A stretch of DNA of 40,308 nt from Coriobacteriia bacterium (GCA_037140395.1 JBAXEO010000002.1:1-40308), one strand, 5' to 3'; positions 1-9,282 are shown, counted from the first letter of the stretch. Program-made: numbers and translations. The notes: generated by a model from the sequence alone, not told the origin.

Positions 1-1201
1 CGCTGGCATCCGGCAGCTCCTCGGCCTCGTCGAGCAGTTCGAAGACGCGCTCCGCCGAGGCGACCGCCGACTGCATGACGTTGGCAATGCTCGCCGTCTG
101 CGCGATCGGCCAGGTGAACTGGCGCGAGTACTGGATGAACGCCTGCACGTCGCCCAGCGACATTGTGCCGGACGCGACCTTCACGCCGCCGATGACGGCG
201 ATGGCCACGTAGTTGAGGTTTCCGACGAACTGGGTCGCCGGCATGATGATTCCCGAGATGAATTGGGCCTTGAAGCTCGCGTCGTAGAGCTTCTCGTTCT
301 CCTCGTCGAACTGCGCAATCGCCTGCTCTTGGCGTCCGAACACCTTCACAATGCTATGGCCGGTGTGCATCTCTTCGATGTGGCCGTTCAGCTTGCCGGT
401 GCGCTCCCACTGCCGCGCAAACTGCTTCTGCGAGCGCTTCCCGATGATGATCGTGATGACGATCGAGATCGGGACGCTCAACAGGGAGATCGCCGCGAGG
501 AGCGGGCTGATCCAAATCATCATCAGCATGATGCCGATGATGGTAAACACGGCCGTGATGATCTGCGTGAGACCCTGCTGAAGCGTGTTTGAGATGTTGT
601 CGATGTCGTTGGTGACGCGGCTGAGGATGTCTCCGCGGGGGTGATCGTCAAAGTATTTGAGCGGAAGCTTCGCGAGCTTGAGGTCAACGCTCCTACGAAG
701 GGAGTAGACCGTGCGCTGCGCGACGCCTGCCATGATGTAGCCCTGCAACCACAGGAAGAATGCGCTGAGCAGGTATACCGCCGCAAGCAGAATCAGGATC
801 TGTGCGAGCTGCCGGAAGTCGACGCCGACGCCCGGGGTGAAACCGCTCTTGGCGACCATCTCGGCCTGCGTGGACTGTCCTTGGGCCTGAAGCCCTGCAA
901 TCGCTTGCTGCGTGGTCGTCCCGGCATGGAACTGCTTCCCGATCACTCCGGCGAACAGCACGTTGGTGGCGTTGCCGAGGATCTTGGGTCCAGCCACGCT
1001 GAAGGCCACGCTGATGATCGACATGACCATGACGAAGATGATTTTCACACGCTCGGGACGCAGTGTCTTGAGCAGGCGCAGTCCTGAATCCTTGAAGTTG
1101 CTGGCCTTCACGATGGGGGCCTTCATCCCACCGCCTCCCGGTCCGAATCCGCGGCCGCCGCTTTGAGCGGCTGGAGCAGCTTTGCTCTTGGCGTCGGTCA
1201 C
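1..1201 (-). CDS. ABC transporter ATP-binding/permease protein (type I exporter, downstream partner subunit); 3' end outside the window
   Basis: Absent from the ORF track because it runs off the window edge. My minus-strand translation from GTG 1201-1199 gives VTDAKSKAAPAAQ..LRLLKTLRPERVKIIFVMVMSIISVAFSVAGPKILG..LKLAKLPLKYFDDHPRGDILSRVTNDIDNISNTLQQGL..SAERVFELLDEAEELPDA. This is a typical exporter TMD up to the start of the NBD. GTGA start/stop overlap with the upstream ABC gene. Confidence 0.85.
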   Translation of the reverse strand, partial: MTDAKSKAAPAAQSGGRGFGPGGGGMKAPIVKASNFKDSGLRLLKTLRPERVKIIFVMVMSIISVAFSVAGPKILGNATNVLFAGVIGKQFHAGTTTQQAIAGLQAQGQSTQAEMVAKSGFTPGVGVDFRQLAQILILLAAVYLLSAFFLWLQGYIMAGVAQRTVYSLRRSVDLKLAKLPLKYFDDHPRGDILSRVTNDIDNISNTLQQGLTQIITAVFTIIGIMLMMIWISPLLAAISLLSVPISIVITIIIGKRSQKQFARQWERTGKLNGHIEEMHTGHSIVKVFGRQEQAIAQFDEENEKLYDASFKAQFISGIIMPATQFVGNLNYVAIAVIGGVKVASGTMSLGDVQAFIQYSRQFTWPIAQTASIANVMQSAVASAERVFELLDEAEELPDAS

Positions 1202-2928
1202 GCGATCTCCTCCTGGGAAAGCTGCGAGTACACGATTTCGCGATACGTCTCCGAACTCTCCATGAGCTCGTCGTGCGTGCCGATGCCGGCGATGGTGCCG
1301 TTCTCCATCACGATGATCCGGTCGGCGTGCATGATCGTGCTCACGCGCTGCGCGACGATGATGACCGTCGCCTCACGTGTCTCGTCGACCAACGCTGCAC
1401 GAAGCTTCGAGTCGGTCTTGAAGTCGAGCGCCGAGAAGCTGTCGTCGAAGACATAGATCTCGGGCCGTTTCATGAGTGCGCGGGCGATAGCGAGCCTCTG
1501 TCGCTGGCCGCCGGAGACATTCGAGCCGCCTTGTGTGATGGGCGCGTCGAGCCCCTCGGCCATCTCGGCGACGAACTCAGAGCCCTGAGCGACCTCGAGT
1601 ACGCGCCACAACTCGTCCTCGGGGGCGTGCTCGGAGCCGTAGCGCAGGTTGCTCGCCACCGAGCCGGAGAACAAAAACGCCCGTTGCGGGATGAATCCGA
1701 CCTTGCGCCAGAGGTCTTCTCGGCGCATGTCGCGTACGTCGACGCCATCGACAAGCACGCGGCCGCCGGTGACGTCGTAGAAGCGCGGGATGAGGTTGAT
1801 GAGCGTGGACTTGCCGCTCCCGGTACTGCCGACGATTGCGGTTGTCTCGCCGGGCTTGGCCGAGAAGGAGATCGAGCACAGGACCGGGTCCTCAGCGCCG
1901 GGGTAGCGGAACTCGACGTTCTCAAACTCGATGTAGCCGGAACCCTCGCATACCGGTGATGCGCCTTCCGGATCGTTGACCGAAGGCTCCATCTCCAAGA
2001 CTTCGCAGATGCGCTCGGCCGAGGCGGCCGCGCGCGGGACCATGGCGAACATCATGACGGCCATCGTTACGGACATGAGGATGAGCGAGATGTAGGTGAT
2101 GAACGCGGTGAGGTTGCCTATCGGCATCGCACCACTGGCTACCCGCAGCCCGCCGAACCACATGATCGCCACGGTCGAGAGGTTCATGATGCCGAAGAGG
2201 GCCGGGATCATGATTGCAAACAGGTACGCGACTCTCAATGCGGTGTCGGTGAGGTCGCGGTTGGCGAGGTCGAAGCGTTCCTCCTCGTGCCGGGTTCGCA
2301 CGAAGGCTCGGATGACGCGCACGCCTGAGAGCGTTTCGCGCGTGACCTGGTTAATCCGGTCGACCTTCTTCTGCATGGCTTTGAACAGCGGTAGCGCTTG
2401 GCTGAGCAGCGTACCGATTACAACTACCATCAGCGGGATGATTACGATGAGTGCTGTGGAGAGCTGCACGTCCATCCGGACCGCCATGATTACGCCGCCG
2501 ATGGCCATGATGGGCGCCGTGATCATCATGTTCAGGCCCATCACGATGACCTGCTGAACCTGCTGGACGTCGTTAGTGTTGCGCGTGATCAGGGACGGCG
2601 TGCCGAAGTAGTTGACCTCGGTCTGGGAGAAACCCTCGACGCGCCGGAAGATCGCGCTGCGCACGTCGCGCCCGAACGCCATAGCTGTCTTGGAACCCCA
2701 GTACACCGAGACGATCGAGATCGCTCCGACCACGAGTGACACAAGCAGCATGACTACGCCGTATCGCAGAATCGTCGTGATGTCGCCCTTGGCGACGCCT
2801 TCGTTGATGATCTTGGCGTTGAGGTCTGGGAGGAACAGGTTGCCCATCGCCTGCAGCAAGACCAGCAGCATCACGAGGGTCAGCTGTTTCCAGTACGGGC
2901 CAAGGTAGATCTTGAACAGCTTGGTCAT
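1198..2928 (-). CDS. ABC transporter ATP-binding/permease protein (type I exporter)
   Basis: Six-TM exporter domain followed by Walker A GSTGSGKST, signature VSGGQRQRLAIARAL and Walker B IYVFDDSFSALD. Start moved from 3018 to ATG 2928 (MTKLFKIYLGPYW), which follows AAGAGGAAG. The 30 upstream residues are Arg/Ser/Pro-rich junk. Confidence 0.9.
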   Translation of the reverse strand: MTKLFKIYLGPYWKQLTLVMLLVLLQAMGNLFLPDLNAKIINEGVAKGDITTILRYGVVMLLVSLVVGAISIVSVYWGSKTAMAFGRDVRSAIFRRVEGFSQTEVNYFGTPSLITRNTNDVQQVQQVIVMGLNMMITAPIMAIGGVIMAVRMDVQLSTALIVIIPLMVVVIGTLLSQALPLFKAMQKKVDRINQVTRETLSGVRVIRAFVRTRHEEERFDLANRDLTDTALRVAYLFAIMIPALFGIMNLSTVAIMWFGGLRVASGAMPIGNLTAFITYISLILMSVTMAVMMFAMVPRAAASAERICEVLEMEPSVNDPEGASPVCEGSGYIEFENVEFRYPGAEDPVLCSISFSAKPGETTAIVGSTGSGKSTLINLIPRFYDVTGGRVLVDGVDVRDMRREDLWRKVGFIPQRAFLFSGSVASNLRYGSEHAPEDELWRVLEVAQGSEFVAEMAEGLDAPITQGGSNVSGGQRQRLAIARALMKRPEIYVFDDSFSALDFKTDSKLRAALVDETREATVIIVAQRVSTIMHADRIIVMENGTIAGIGTHDELMESSETYREIVYSQLSQEEIA

Positions 2929-2983
2929 CTGCGCGCTTCCTCTTTCGGGGGATGGTGCTTGCCGGGTCTGCAGTTGAGGGCGT

Positions 2984-3466
2984 TCACTCGAGCGCCGCTT
3001 CCGTATTCTGGGCGACAATGCCGAGAAGACGTTCGAGCTCGCGGCGGTCCTTCACGGTCATCGAGTCAAAGGCAGTTGAGATGTAGACGGCAAACGTTTC
3101 ACGCATCTGCGCTGCGAGCGTGCGGCCACCATCGGTCAGGTAGACGCGCATAAGGCGCTGGTCGGCATCGTCTGCGCGCCTCACGATGAGTCCGGCCTTC
3201 TGCATCCGTTGCAGCATCGTCGTCACTGCTGGCCGAGAAAGTTGCATGGCCTCTGCTAGGTCGCGCTGAGTGATGCCATCGTTGGCCGCGAGCATGCGCA
3301 GGCAAAACGCTTGGCCAGGGTGAGTGTCTGCCTCGCTCAGGAGCTTGCCGATCAGTTGGCGATGCAGGTGAAGCGACCGCATGTAGGCGCCAAAGACCGC
3401 ATACGAGAGCGGGTCAACGCCGTCCGGCTGGGGGAGTGCGCAGTTAGAACCGTGGCCGTGGTGCAA
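2984..3466 (-). CDS. MarR family transcriptional regulator
   Basis: Winged-helix core: ITQRDLAEAMQLSRPAVTTMLQRMQKAGLIVRRADDADQRLMRVYLTDGG. The track ORF extends to GTG 3559. I prefer TTG 3466 behind AGGAGA (3471-3476), which gives about 160 aa, because 3500-3545 looks non-coding (AT-richer, direct repeats). The start remains uncertain. Confidence 0.8.
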   Translation of the reverse strand: MHHGHGSNCALPQPDGVDPLSYAVFGAYMRSLHLHRQLIGKLLSEADTHPGQAFCLRMLAANDGITQRDLAEAMQLSRPAVTTMLQRMQKAGLIVRRADDADQRLMRVYLTDGGRTLAAQMRETFAVYISTAFDSMTVKDRRELERLLGIVAQNTEAALE

Positions 3467-3499
3467 GGGATCTCCTAGTGGCGCAGGCCCGCCCAGCAG

Positions 3500-3545
3500 G
3501 CAATGGTTAATGAGCGAACGGTTAGTATGCGAAGAGTATGCCACA
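3500..3545 (-). promoter_or_regulatory. Candidate promoter/operator of the marR-ABC operon
   Basis: Local GC drop. Direct repeats AGTATGC at 3524-3530 and 3535-3541, and GGTTA at 3505-3509 and 3520-3524, lie just upstream of the preferred marR start. No consensus boxes assigned. Confidence 0.25.
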
Positions 3546-3598
3546 TCCGATCCAAGCACGGGTGGCGGTAGACGCGTGTCGTTGGCTGATTTCGGGGT

Positions 3599-5770
3599 CT
3601 ACAGCTGGTTGGCCTGGCCGGCGATCGCCCGTTGCACCCGCACCCGAATTGCTTTGCGGTTAGCCAGGGCATACGAGATCCCCGATATGCCCGAGATAAT
3701 GAAGTATCCCGCGAGCACATACTTGGTCAGGAGCGCTCCGCGGTGTTCGCCAAACACAAAGGCCAGTGCAATGGCGACGCCGAGGAGCCCCTCAAAGACG
3801 AGGATCCACCGTGATCGAGGAGTGTGCGCCACATTGCGGGCGACGTAGAGGTTGGCGACGCCCACGTACAGAGCGCGAGCCATGATAGCGAACGCCAAGA
3901 TGGTGAGATTGAGGCGGGTGCTCACTAGAAGCAGCCCCGCAACGCCAAAGGAAACCACCCCGATGAGCAGCCAAGGTAGCCAGCCAGCAGCACCGCTCCG
4001 GCGAAGGCCGATGGCACCGATTACCGTCGAGATCCCCTCAATCAGGACCCACACGGCAAACCCGATGGCGAGAAGGCGAGAGTCTGCCGAGTGGAGTGTC
4101 AGCATCCAGAGTCCGAGAACCACAAGCCCCAGCCCGCGCCACATGACCTGATTCGATGCGCTGGTGAACGCCGCTTTCACAGCATCAAGCCCGGCGCGTG
4201 GTTTCACCTGCGGAGCGGCCTTGGCCTTCTCGGCGGCAGATCCGGCTTTGGGGTCGATCAAAAGTACTGTGCCTGAAGGGTCTTCCAGTGGCATCCAGCG
4301 GACGCCCTTCGGTTCGAGGACATGCAGGACCCTAGAGTCTGCAAGCAGTCGTTTCAGGTAGGAGCGGGGAACGCGGTCGTCGGCATCGGGCATCACGATT
4401 ACCGTCGGCATCGAGACGGATGCGAGAAGCTGTTCGGGATCGGCAGCCAGGACCGCGTTGAGGCCGGTTCGCAGTAAGGGGACGATGCGCTCCTCGGATC
4501 TCTCAACAGCTGCTCGCGAGCGAACATCTCCAACCATCGCTCTGACTCGTTCTCGAGTGGCCAGAGCCTCAGCTTGGAGAGCATCTCCGCCGTCCGCGGC
4601 ATCTGACGGTTCCAGGAGCAGTGGCGAAAACGCCACGACGTCAGACACAAGCTGCGGCGCTGCAGCGGCCACGGCAAGCGCGACAGTCGAGCCAAACTCC
4701 TGTCCCACCAGCCGCACTCTGCGACCGGCAAACTCTCTCTTGAGCGTACGAATGACCGCGTCGGCGTGATCGCTTAGCTTGTAGCGACTCGAGAGAGGCT
4801 TAGGCGACTCCCCAAAGCCGAGCAGGTCCACTGCGGCCACCTCGCCACGTGCTGAGAGCGCCGTGGCAACCGGCACCCAGAAGTTCGGATCCTCGCCCGC
4901 GCCGTGCAGGAAGACTGTCGCAGCGCCTTGCCCTGCGCGGTAGCGCACGTGAAGGCCGCGGACCTCGTCGCGCATGATCTCCTCGGCGACGGTGGCGGGC
5001 AGGTTCTGGAGCATGAAGTGATCGGCCGACAGCCCCACGATGCGACGGATGTCGATGTCGGGCTTGAGTCGCTTCAGGTCGGGTGTCTGGTCGGGGTGCA
5101 CGATGGGATCGCGGATGCCCAGTGCGAAGGTCACCGGCATGTCGAGTTTGGGCAGGTCGTCGACGAAGGTGGCTTTTGCGATGCAGTTGCTGAGGTTCTT
5201 ACTCATGATGTCCCAGCGGACGGGGACCTCGTCGCTGCGAAGCTGGGCTTTGGCGAACTCCTCGGCGCGTCCGTTGGCGAGTTGGTAGAGCAGGTCGTCC
5301 TTCTTCTTGGCTCCCGAAACCAGTCGCCAGAGAGCCTGGAAGACCACCACTTGCAGGTAGCGCGTCGCGAAGTGGTCGCTCGCGAACGACTCCGGGGGCA
5401 GGTAGAACGGCGCCGAGAGCAGGAAGAGGCGCCGGACCTTGTGCGGGTAGGTGGATGCATAGCGGATTGCGATATCGCCGCCCAGTGAGTAGCCAACCAA
5501 GAGAAATGGCTGGTCGACCCCTGCATCGACGAGGGTGGCATCGAGAATCTGCACCTGCTGGTCAGTGTCGTAGTCGATGTCGAGGGGCTTGGGCGAGTCC
5601 CCGTAGCCCAGGTGGTCGACAGCGATGAACCGGTAGCCCCCGCCGATGGTATCGATGACCGGGCGCCAGTCAGTTGCGTCGGCGTTGAGGCCGTGCAGAA
5701 GCACCATCGGGGGGCCATCGCCCTCGTCATAGCGCACGTTGAGACGCAGTTCGCTAACGTCCGTTGCCAC
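3599..5770 (-). CDS. Tandem alpha/beta-hydrolase domains fused to a C-terminal HdeD/DUF308-like multi-TM domain
   Basis: Domain 1 has HG (VLLHGL), nucleophile elbow GYSLGG, RDPIV and ADHF. Domain 2 has FLHGAG but GQEFG in place of GxSxG. The C-terminal part (about aa 545-705) is a run of Gly/Ile/Leu-rich TM helices (GLWMLTL.., WVLIEGISTVIGAIGL.., GYFIISGISGISYAL) resembling HdeD repeats. GTG 5770 lies 5 nt after AGGAGG. The track uses TTG 5773. Confidence 0.75.
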   Translation of the reverse strand: MATDVSELRLNVRYDEGDGPPMVLLHGLNADATDWRPVIDTIGGGYRFIAVDHLGYGDSPKPLDIDYDTDQQVQILDATLVDAGVDQPFLLVGYSLGGDIAIRYASTYPHKVRRLFLLSAPFYLPPESFASDHFATRYLQVVVFQALWRLVSGAKKKDDLLYQLANGRAEEFAKAQLRSDEVPVRWDIMSKNLSNCIAKATFVDDLPKLDMPVTFALGIRDPIVHPDQTPDLKRLKPDIDIRRIVGLSADHFMLQNLPATVAEEIMRDEVRGLHVRYRAGQGAATVFLHGAGEDPNFWVPVATALSARGEVAAVDLLGFGESPKPLSSRYKLSDHADAVIRTLKREFAGRRVRLVGQEFGSTVALAVAAAAPQLVSDVVAFSPLLLEPSDAADGGDALQAEALATRERVRAMVGDVRSRAAVERSEERIVPLLRTGLNAVLAADPEQLLASVSMPTVIVMPDADDRVPRSYLKRLLADSRVLHVLEPKGVRWMPLEDPSGTVLLIDPKAGSAAEKAKAAPQVKPRAGLDAVKAAFTSASNQVMWRGLGLVVLGLWMLTLHSADSRLLAIGFAVWVLIEGISTVIGAIGLRRSGAAGWLPWLLIGVVSFGVAGLLLVSTRLNLTILAFAIMARALYVGVANLYVARNVAHTPRSRWILVFEGLLGVAIALAFVFGEHRGALLTKYVLAGYFIISGISGISYALANRKAIRVRVQRAIAGQANQL

Positions 5771-5836
5771 CAAGGCCTCCTGGGAAAGTCGACTGCCAGA
5801 TGAGGATACTCGTTCGAGCCAGCGCCGAGTGGCGCC

Positions 5837-6880
5837 CTACGGCTGGTACCCCTCGATTGCCTGAGTCGCCCTCGGCCCCTCGATCCCCAGCGCGCCGAGC
5901 AGGACCTCGAGCACGGCCCGCGGATTGGGGCGCGGGTCGAGCCAGGGGTCGATGAAGTCGTGCTCCCAAGCGAGCGAGGCTGGCAGCGTGATCTCCTCGT
6001 AGGCGGCAGGCGTGTCGTAGAAGCAGCTCCGGAAGAGCTCACGTGCCCGAGCGTCACTCACGGCGTCGTCGCAGTCGTTGAGCACGAGGGTCGCATGCTG
6101 CAGATTGGGTTGCTGAGCCAGACGGCGGTCGTAGAGCGCCTCGGAGATGCGCATGTACGCCGAGCCGCCGCGAATCGGGAATCCGGAGTAACCGTAGGGG
6201 GAGAGGGTCGCCTCGGTCTTTAGCTCGTCGTCCCAGTAGTGCATGGTCGTCGGCAACTTTCCCTCAAGCCGGGCGGCGATGCGCACAGCCGCCCAAGGGT
6301 AGCCTGCAGGTGCGGTGAAGGGGGCAATCGCGGCCACGCGTGTCACCTCAGGTCGCACGCGCGCGCACCACGAGGCCATGAGCCCACCCGCCGACAGCCC
6401 CATCACCCAGACCGGCCCACCGAATCCGCTGGCGATGTCGATGGTCGAGTCGGCCCACTCGGTCAGGTCCTCGGCACAGACGTCGGCCAGAGCCTCACTC
6501 GATCCGTCGGTCCGGCCGTGCTCGGGCATGAGAGGCAGGAGTACGCGGTAGCCGGCGTCGCGGATGACGGTGCCTATCCACCCGAACTGGTCGGGAGTCA
6601 TCGTCAGGCCGTGCATGAGCACGACGGTGGGAGTTCCGGGCGGGGACTCAAGTGGAGTGAGCAGGGCGGTGTGGCCGGCCGGATGGACCTCGCCCGCCTC
6701 GGCAGCGCGAAGCGCTTCCACACGCTGCCAAGCGTCGTCGATGGAGTGTGCGGGATCCGGATGCGAGACAGGGCGCCGAATGCCGATGCCGGTCAGGCTC
6801 AGCGCGGCAACTGCGCCCACAGCCGCACCAGCAGCGACGCCTGCGAGCAACGCGGGTGGTACTCGGCAGGGCCTGATCAT
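5837..6880 (-). CDS. Alpha/beta hydrolase (esterase/lipase-like) with N-terminal signal anchor
   Basis: VVLMHGLTMTP, nucleophile elbow GLSAGG, N-terminal hydrophobic ALLAGVAAGAAVGAVAALSL. Start moved to ATG 6880 behind AAGGAG. The longer track ORF (to 7054) would overlap the arcA start. Confidence 0.75.
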   Translation of the reverse strand: MIRPCRVPPALLAGVAAGAAVGAVAALSLTGIGIRRPVSHPDPAHSIDDAWQRVEALRAAEAGEVHPAGHTALLTPLESPPGTPTVVLMHGLTMTPDQFGWIGTVIRDAGYRVLLPLMPEHGRTDGSSEALADVCAEDLTEWADSTIDIASGFGGPVWVMGLSAGGLMASWCARVRPEVTRVAAIAPFTAPAGYPWAAVRIAARLEGKLPTTMHYWDDELKTEATLSPYGYSGFPIRGGSAYMRISEALYDRRLAQQPNLQHATLVLNDCDDAVSDARARELFRSCFYDTPAAYEEITLPASLAWEHDFIDPWLDPRPNPRAVLEVLLGALGIEGPRATQAIEGYQP

Positions 6881-7033
6881 CGTGACTCCTTCTTGGTGTA
6901 CTGGGATTCTCGGCGGCGGGGGCCTACGCGAGTCGCCATCAGTATCCTTCCCCACGCGCAGGGCGTATACGCTTCGGCGCGGCGGCGATACGATGGTGCG
7001 CGCAAGTACATGCATCTGAGACGGGGCGTGAGC

Positions 7034-8302
7034 ATGGCGGGATTCGGCGTACATTCAGAAGTTGGTCGCCTCAAGACGGTGCTGGTACATCGTCCGGGCA
7101 GGTCGCTTGAGAGGCTGACGCCTCAGAATCGCTCGGAATACCTCTTTGACGACGTGGTCTGGGTCGAGCGGGCCCAGCGCGAGCACGACTATTTCACTGA
7201 CGTGCTGCGTGATCGGGGCGTGGAGGTGCTCTATCTCCAGCAGCTCCTAGCCGAGGCCCTGGCTGCAAGCGAAGACGCCCGTAGCCACATCGTCGAGCGC
7301 GCGGTTTCGTCTTTCACCGTCGGGCTCTCACTGGTCGAGGAGTTGCGCGGCTGGCTCTATTCGCAGGAGCCGTCGCGGCTCGCTGAGATTCTGGTGGGCG
7401 GACTGCTGATCTCGGAACTCGACGGCCTCGACTTAGACAGACTCAATCGCCATTCGCTTGGTGCGCTGCTCGCTACGCCCGACTCCTTTGTTCTGCCGCC
7501 GCTGCCCAACTCGCTCTTTATGCGCGACTCCTCGGCGTGGATCTACGGAGGCGTCATTCTGCCGCCGCTGTTCTGGCACGCTCGGCGCCTCGAGGTCTCA
7601 AACGTCTCCGAGATCTACCGTCACCACCCCAAGTTTGTCGCCGAGAAGTTCGACTTCTGGTATCCGCCGGCCGGCGACGCGGAGCGGTTCGCCGTGGAGG
7701 ACTTCGGCCACGGCGCGTCGCTTGAGGGTGGTGACGTCATGCCGATCGGCAACAAGACGGTGCTTGTCGGCATGGGAGAGCGTTCCACCGGCCGGATGGT
7801 CGAACACATTGCCCGTGCGCTCTTCGCCTCCGGCCAAGCCGAGCGAATCATCGCGTGTCGCATGGAGTTGGCCCGCGCCTACATGCATCTCGACACGGTG
7901 ATCGGCTTCGTTGATCGCGATGCGGTGACCATCTATCCGCAGGTCATCGAGCAGATGCAGGTCTTCAGTCTGCGACCGGGTCACGACGGCAGCACTTTCG
8001 ACATCACCGAGGAGGCGGGGCTCCTGCCTGCGATCGCCGATGCGCTTGGCGTGAGCGAACTGCGGGTCATCCCCACCGGAGGCGACTCGTTCCAGGCCGC
8101 ACGGGAGCAGTGGGACGACGCGAACAACGTCGTGGCGATCGAGCCCGGTGTGGTCGTGGCCTACGCGCGAAACACCCGCACGAACGCCAATCTGCGTGCG
8201 GCCGGCGTTGAGGTTATCGAGATTGAGGGCTCCGAGCTTGGCAAAGGCCGAGGCGGCTGCCACTGCATGACGTGTCCTATTGCCCGAGAGGGACTCGCCT
8301 GA
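7034..8302 (+). CDS. arcA: Arginine deiminase
   Basis: N-terminus MAGFGVHSEVGRLKTVLVHRPG and C-terminal catalytic-Cys motif GRGGCHCMTCPI are hallmark ADI motifs, and the length is about 422 aa. The 687-aa track ORF (from 6239) is an in-frame upstream extension antisense to the esterase gene. Confidence 0.9.
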   Translation: MAGFGVHSEVGRLKTVLVHRPGRSLERLTPQNRSEYLFDDVVWVERAQREHDYFTDVLRDRGVEVLYLQQLLAEALAASEDARSHIVERAVSSFTVGLSLVEELRGWLYSQEPSRLAEILVGGLLISELDGLDLDRLNRHSLGALLATPDSFVLPPLPNSLFMRDSSAWIYGGVILPPLFWHARRLEVSNVSEIYRHHPKFVAEKFDFWYPPAGDAERFAVEDFGHGASLEGGDVMPIGNKTVLVGMGERSTGRMVEHIARALFASGQAERIIACRMELARAYMHLDTVIGFVDRDAVTIYPQVIEQMQVFSLRPGHDGSTFDITEEAGLLPAIADALGVSELRVIPTGGDSFQAAREQWDDANNVVAIEPGVVVAYARNTRTNANLRAAGVEVIEIEGSELGKGRGGCHCMTCPIAREGLA

Positions 8303-8305
8303 TCC

Positions 8306-8360
8306 GACACGAGATTGCTCCAACGCCTAGCGTGTCACTCGCATTTATAGGTACAGTGAC
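8306..8360 (+). promoter_or_regulatory. AT-richer leader with two inverted repeats (possible arcA terminator and/or operator-promoter of the cytochrome b operon)
   Basis: GACACG (8306-8311) pairs with CGTGTC (8331-8336). GTCACT (8334-8339) pairs with AGTGAC (8355-8360), flanking CGCATTTATAGGTAC. This is the lowest-GC stretch I noticed in the window. Confidence 0.25.
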
Positions 8361-8460
8361 GGTGAACGATTCTTATCGAACCGTGCAAGGGTACGAACCG
8401 GCGGCGTCGAACAAAGCTAGCGGCGGCAACGTGCCGTCGGAAATGAGGGGGTAAGGCTTC

Positions 8461-9282
8461 ATGAACTTGGTCGAACTCAATGTCTGGATCGACGTCATCT
8501 TCACCGCGCTCTACATCGTCGTCGTGCTGTTTCTCCTGTTCCACTTCACGCTCTATGTGACCACGGGTCGTTTCCGAAGGTCATTCATAGAGGGAAACTG
8601 GCCCGAGCACGATGAGCGTCCTCCCGCGACTCCCAAGTGGCTCCACGCGGTGCACATGTCATCGATGATCATCCTTGGCTTCACCGGCATGTATCTGCGC
8701 TTTCCCTTCTTCGTGAGTAACCGAGTGATCATGCGCAACACCCACTACGTGTTCATGATCATCGTCATCGTTGTTCTGGTCTGGCGCGTCTGGTACGCGT
8801 TCTTCTCAAAGACCAATGCAGACTGGCGCGAGTTCTCGATTGGCGGCAAAGACATCGGCTCCATGCTCGGCGTGTTGGCGTACTACGGCTACTTCTCCGA
8901 CAGCAAGCCGCACGTTGCCAAGTACAACGTCATGCAGAAGATGGCCTACGCGATGTTCCTGGTCATGATGGTTGCCCAAGCGTTCACCGGCTTGTTCATC
9001 TGGCGCTATCAGGTGCCAATTCTCAGTATCAGCCTGTACGGCGTGACCGCCAGTCTTCTCGGCGGCACCGGCGTCTGGGCCATGCGTACGGTCCACTACG
9101 TCCTCAACTGGCTGTTCATCATCCTGACCACGGTGCACCTCTACCTCGCCGCTCACATTGACATGCCGTGCACGATGGACTTCTTTGGCATCAAGCCGAT
9201 GGAAGTACATCCGCATCATGATGATGACCACGGCGACGGTCACGAAGCGGTTCCGGCACAGGTCGAACCCCAGACCACCTGA
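8461..9282 (+). CDS. Cytochrome b561 / Ni-Fe-hydrogenase b-type cytochrome family membrane protein
   Basis: Four or five TM helices with conserved His at helix starts (LHAVHMSSMIILGFTGMY, HYVFMIIVIVVL, KMAYAMFLVMMVAQAFTGLFIW, HYVLNWLFIILTTVHLYLA). His/Asp-rich C-terminal tail HPHHDDDHGDGHE. SD GAGGGGG upstream. Confidence 0.65.
   Translation: MNLVELNVWIDVIFTALYIVVVLFLLFHFTLYVTTGRFRRSFIEGNWPEHDERPPATPKWLHAVHMSSMIILGFTGMYLRFPFFVSNRVIMRNTHYVFMIIVIVVLVWRVWYAFFSKTNADWREFSIGGKDIGSMLGVLAYYGYFSDSKPHVAKYNVMQKMAYAMFLVMMVAQAFTGLFIWRYQVPILSISLYGVTASLLGGTGVWAMRTVHYVLNWLFIILTTVHLYLAAHIDMPCTMDFFGIKPMEVHPHHDDDHGDGHEAVPAQVEPQTT

Noticed and set aside
6239-7033. 5' part of the 687-aa ORF that contains arcA
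   Set aside because: It is Arg/Gly/His-rich with no motif. It lies antisense to a well-supported esterase gene. The ADI homology starts exactly at the internal Met (7034).
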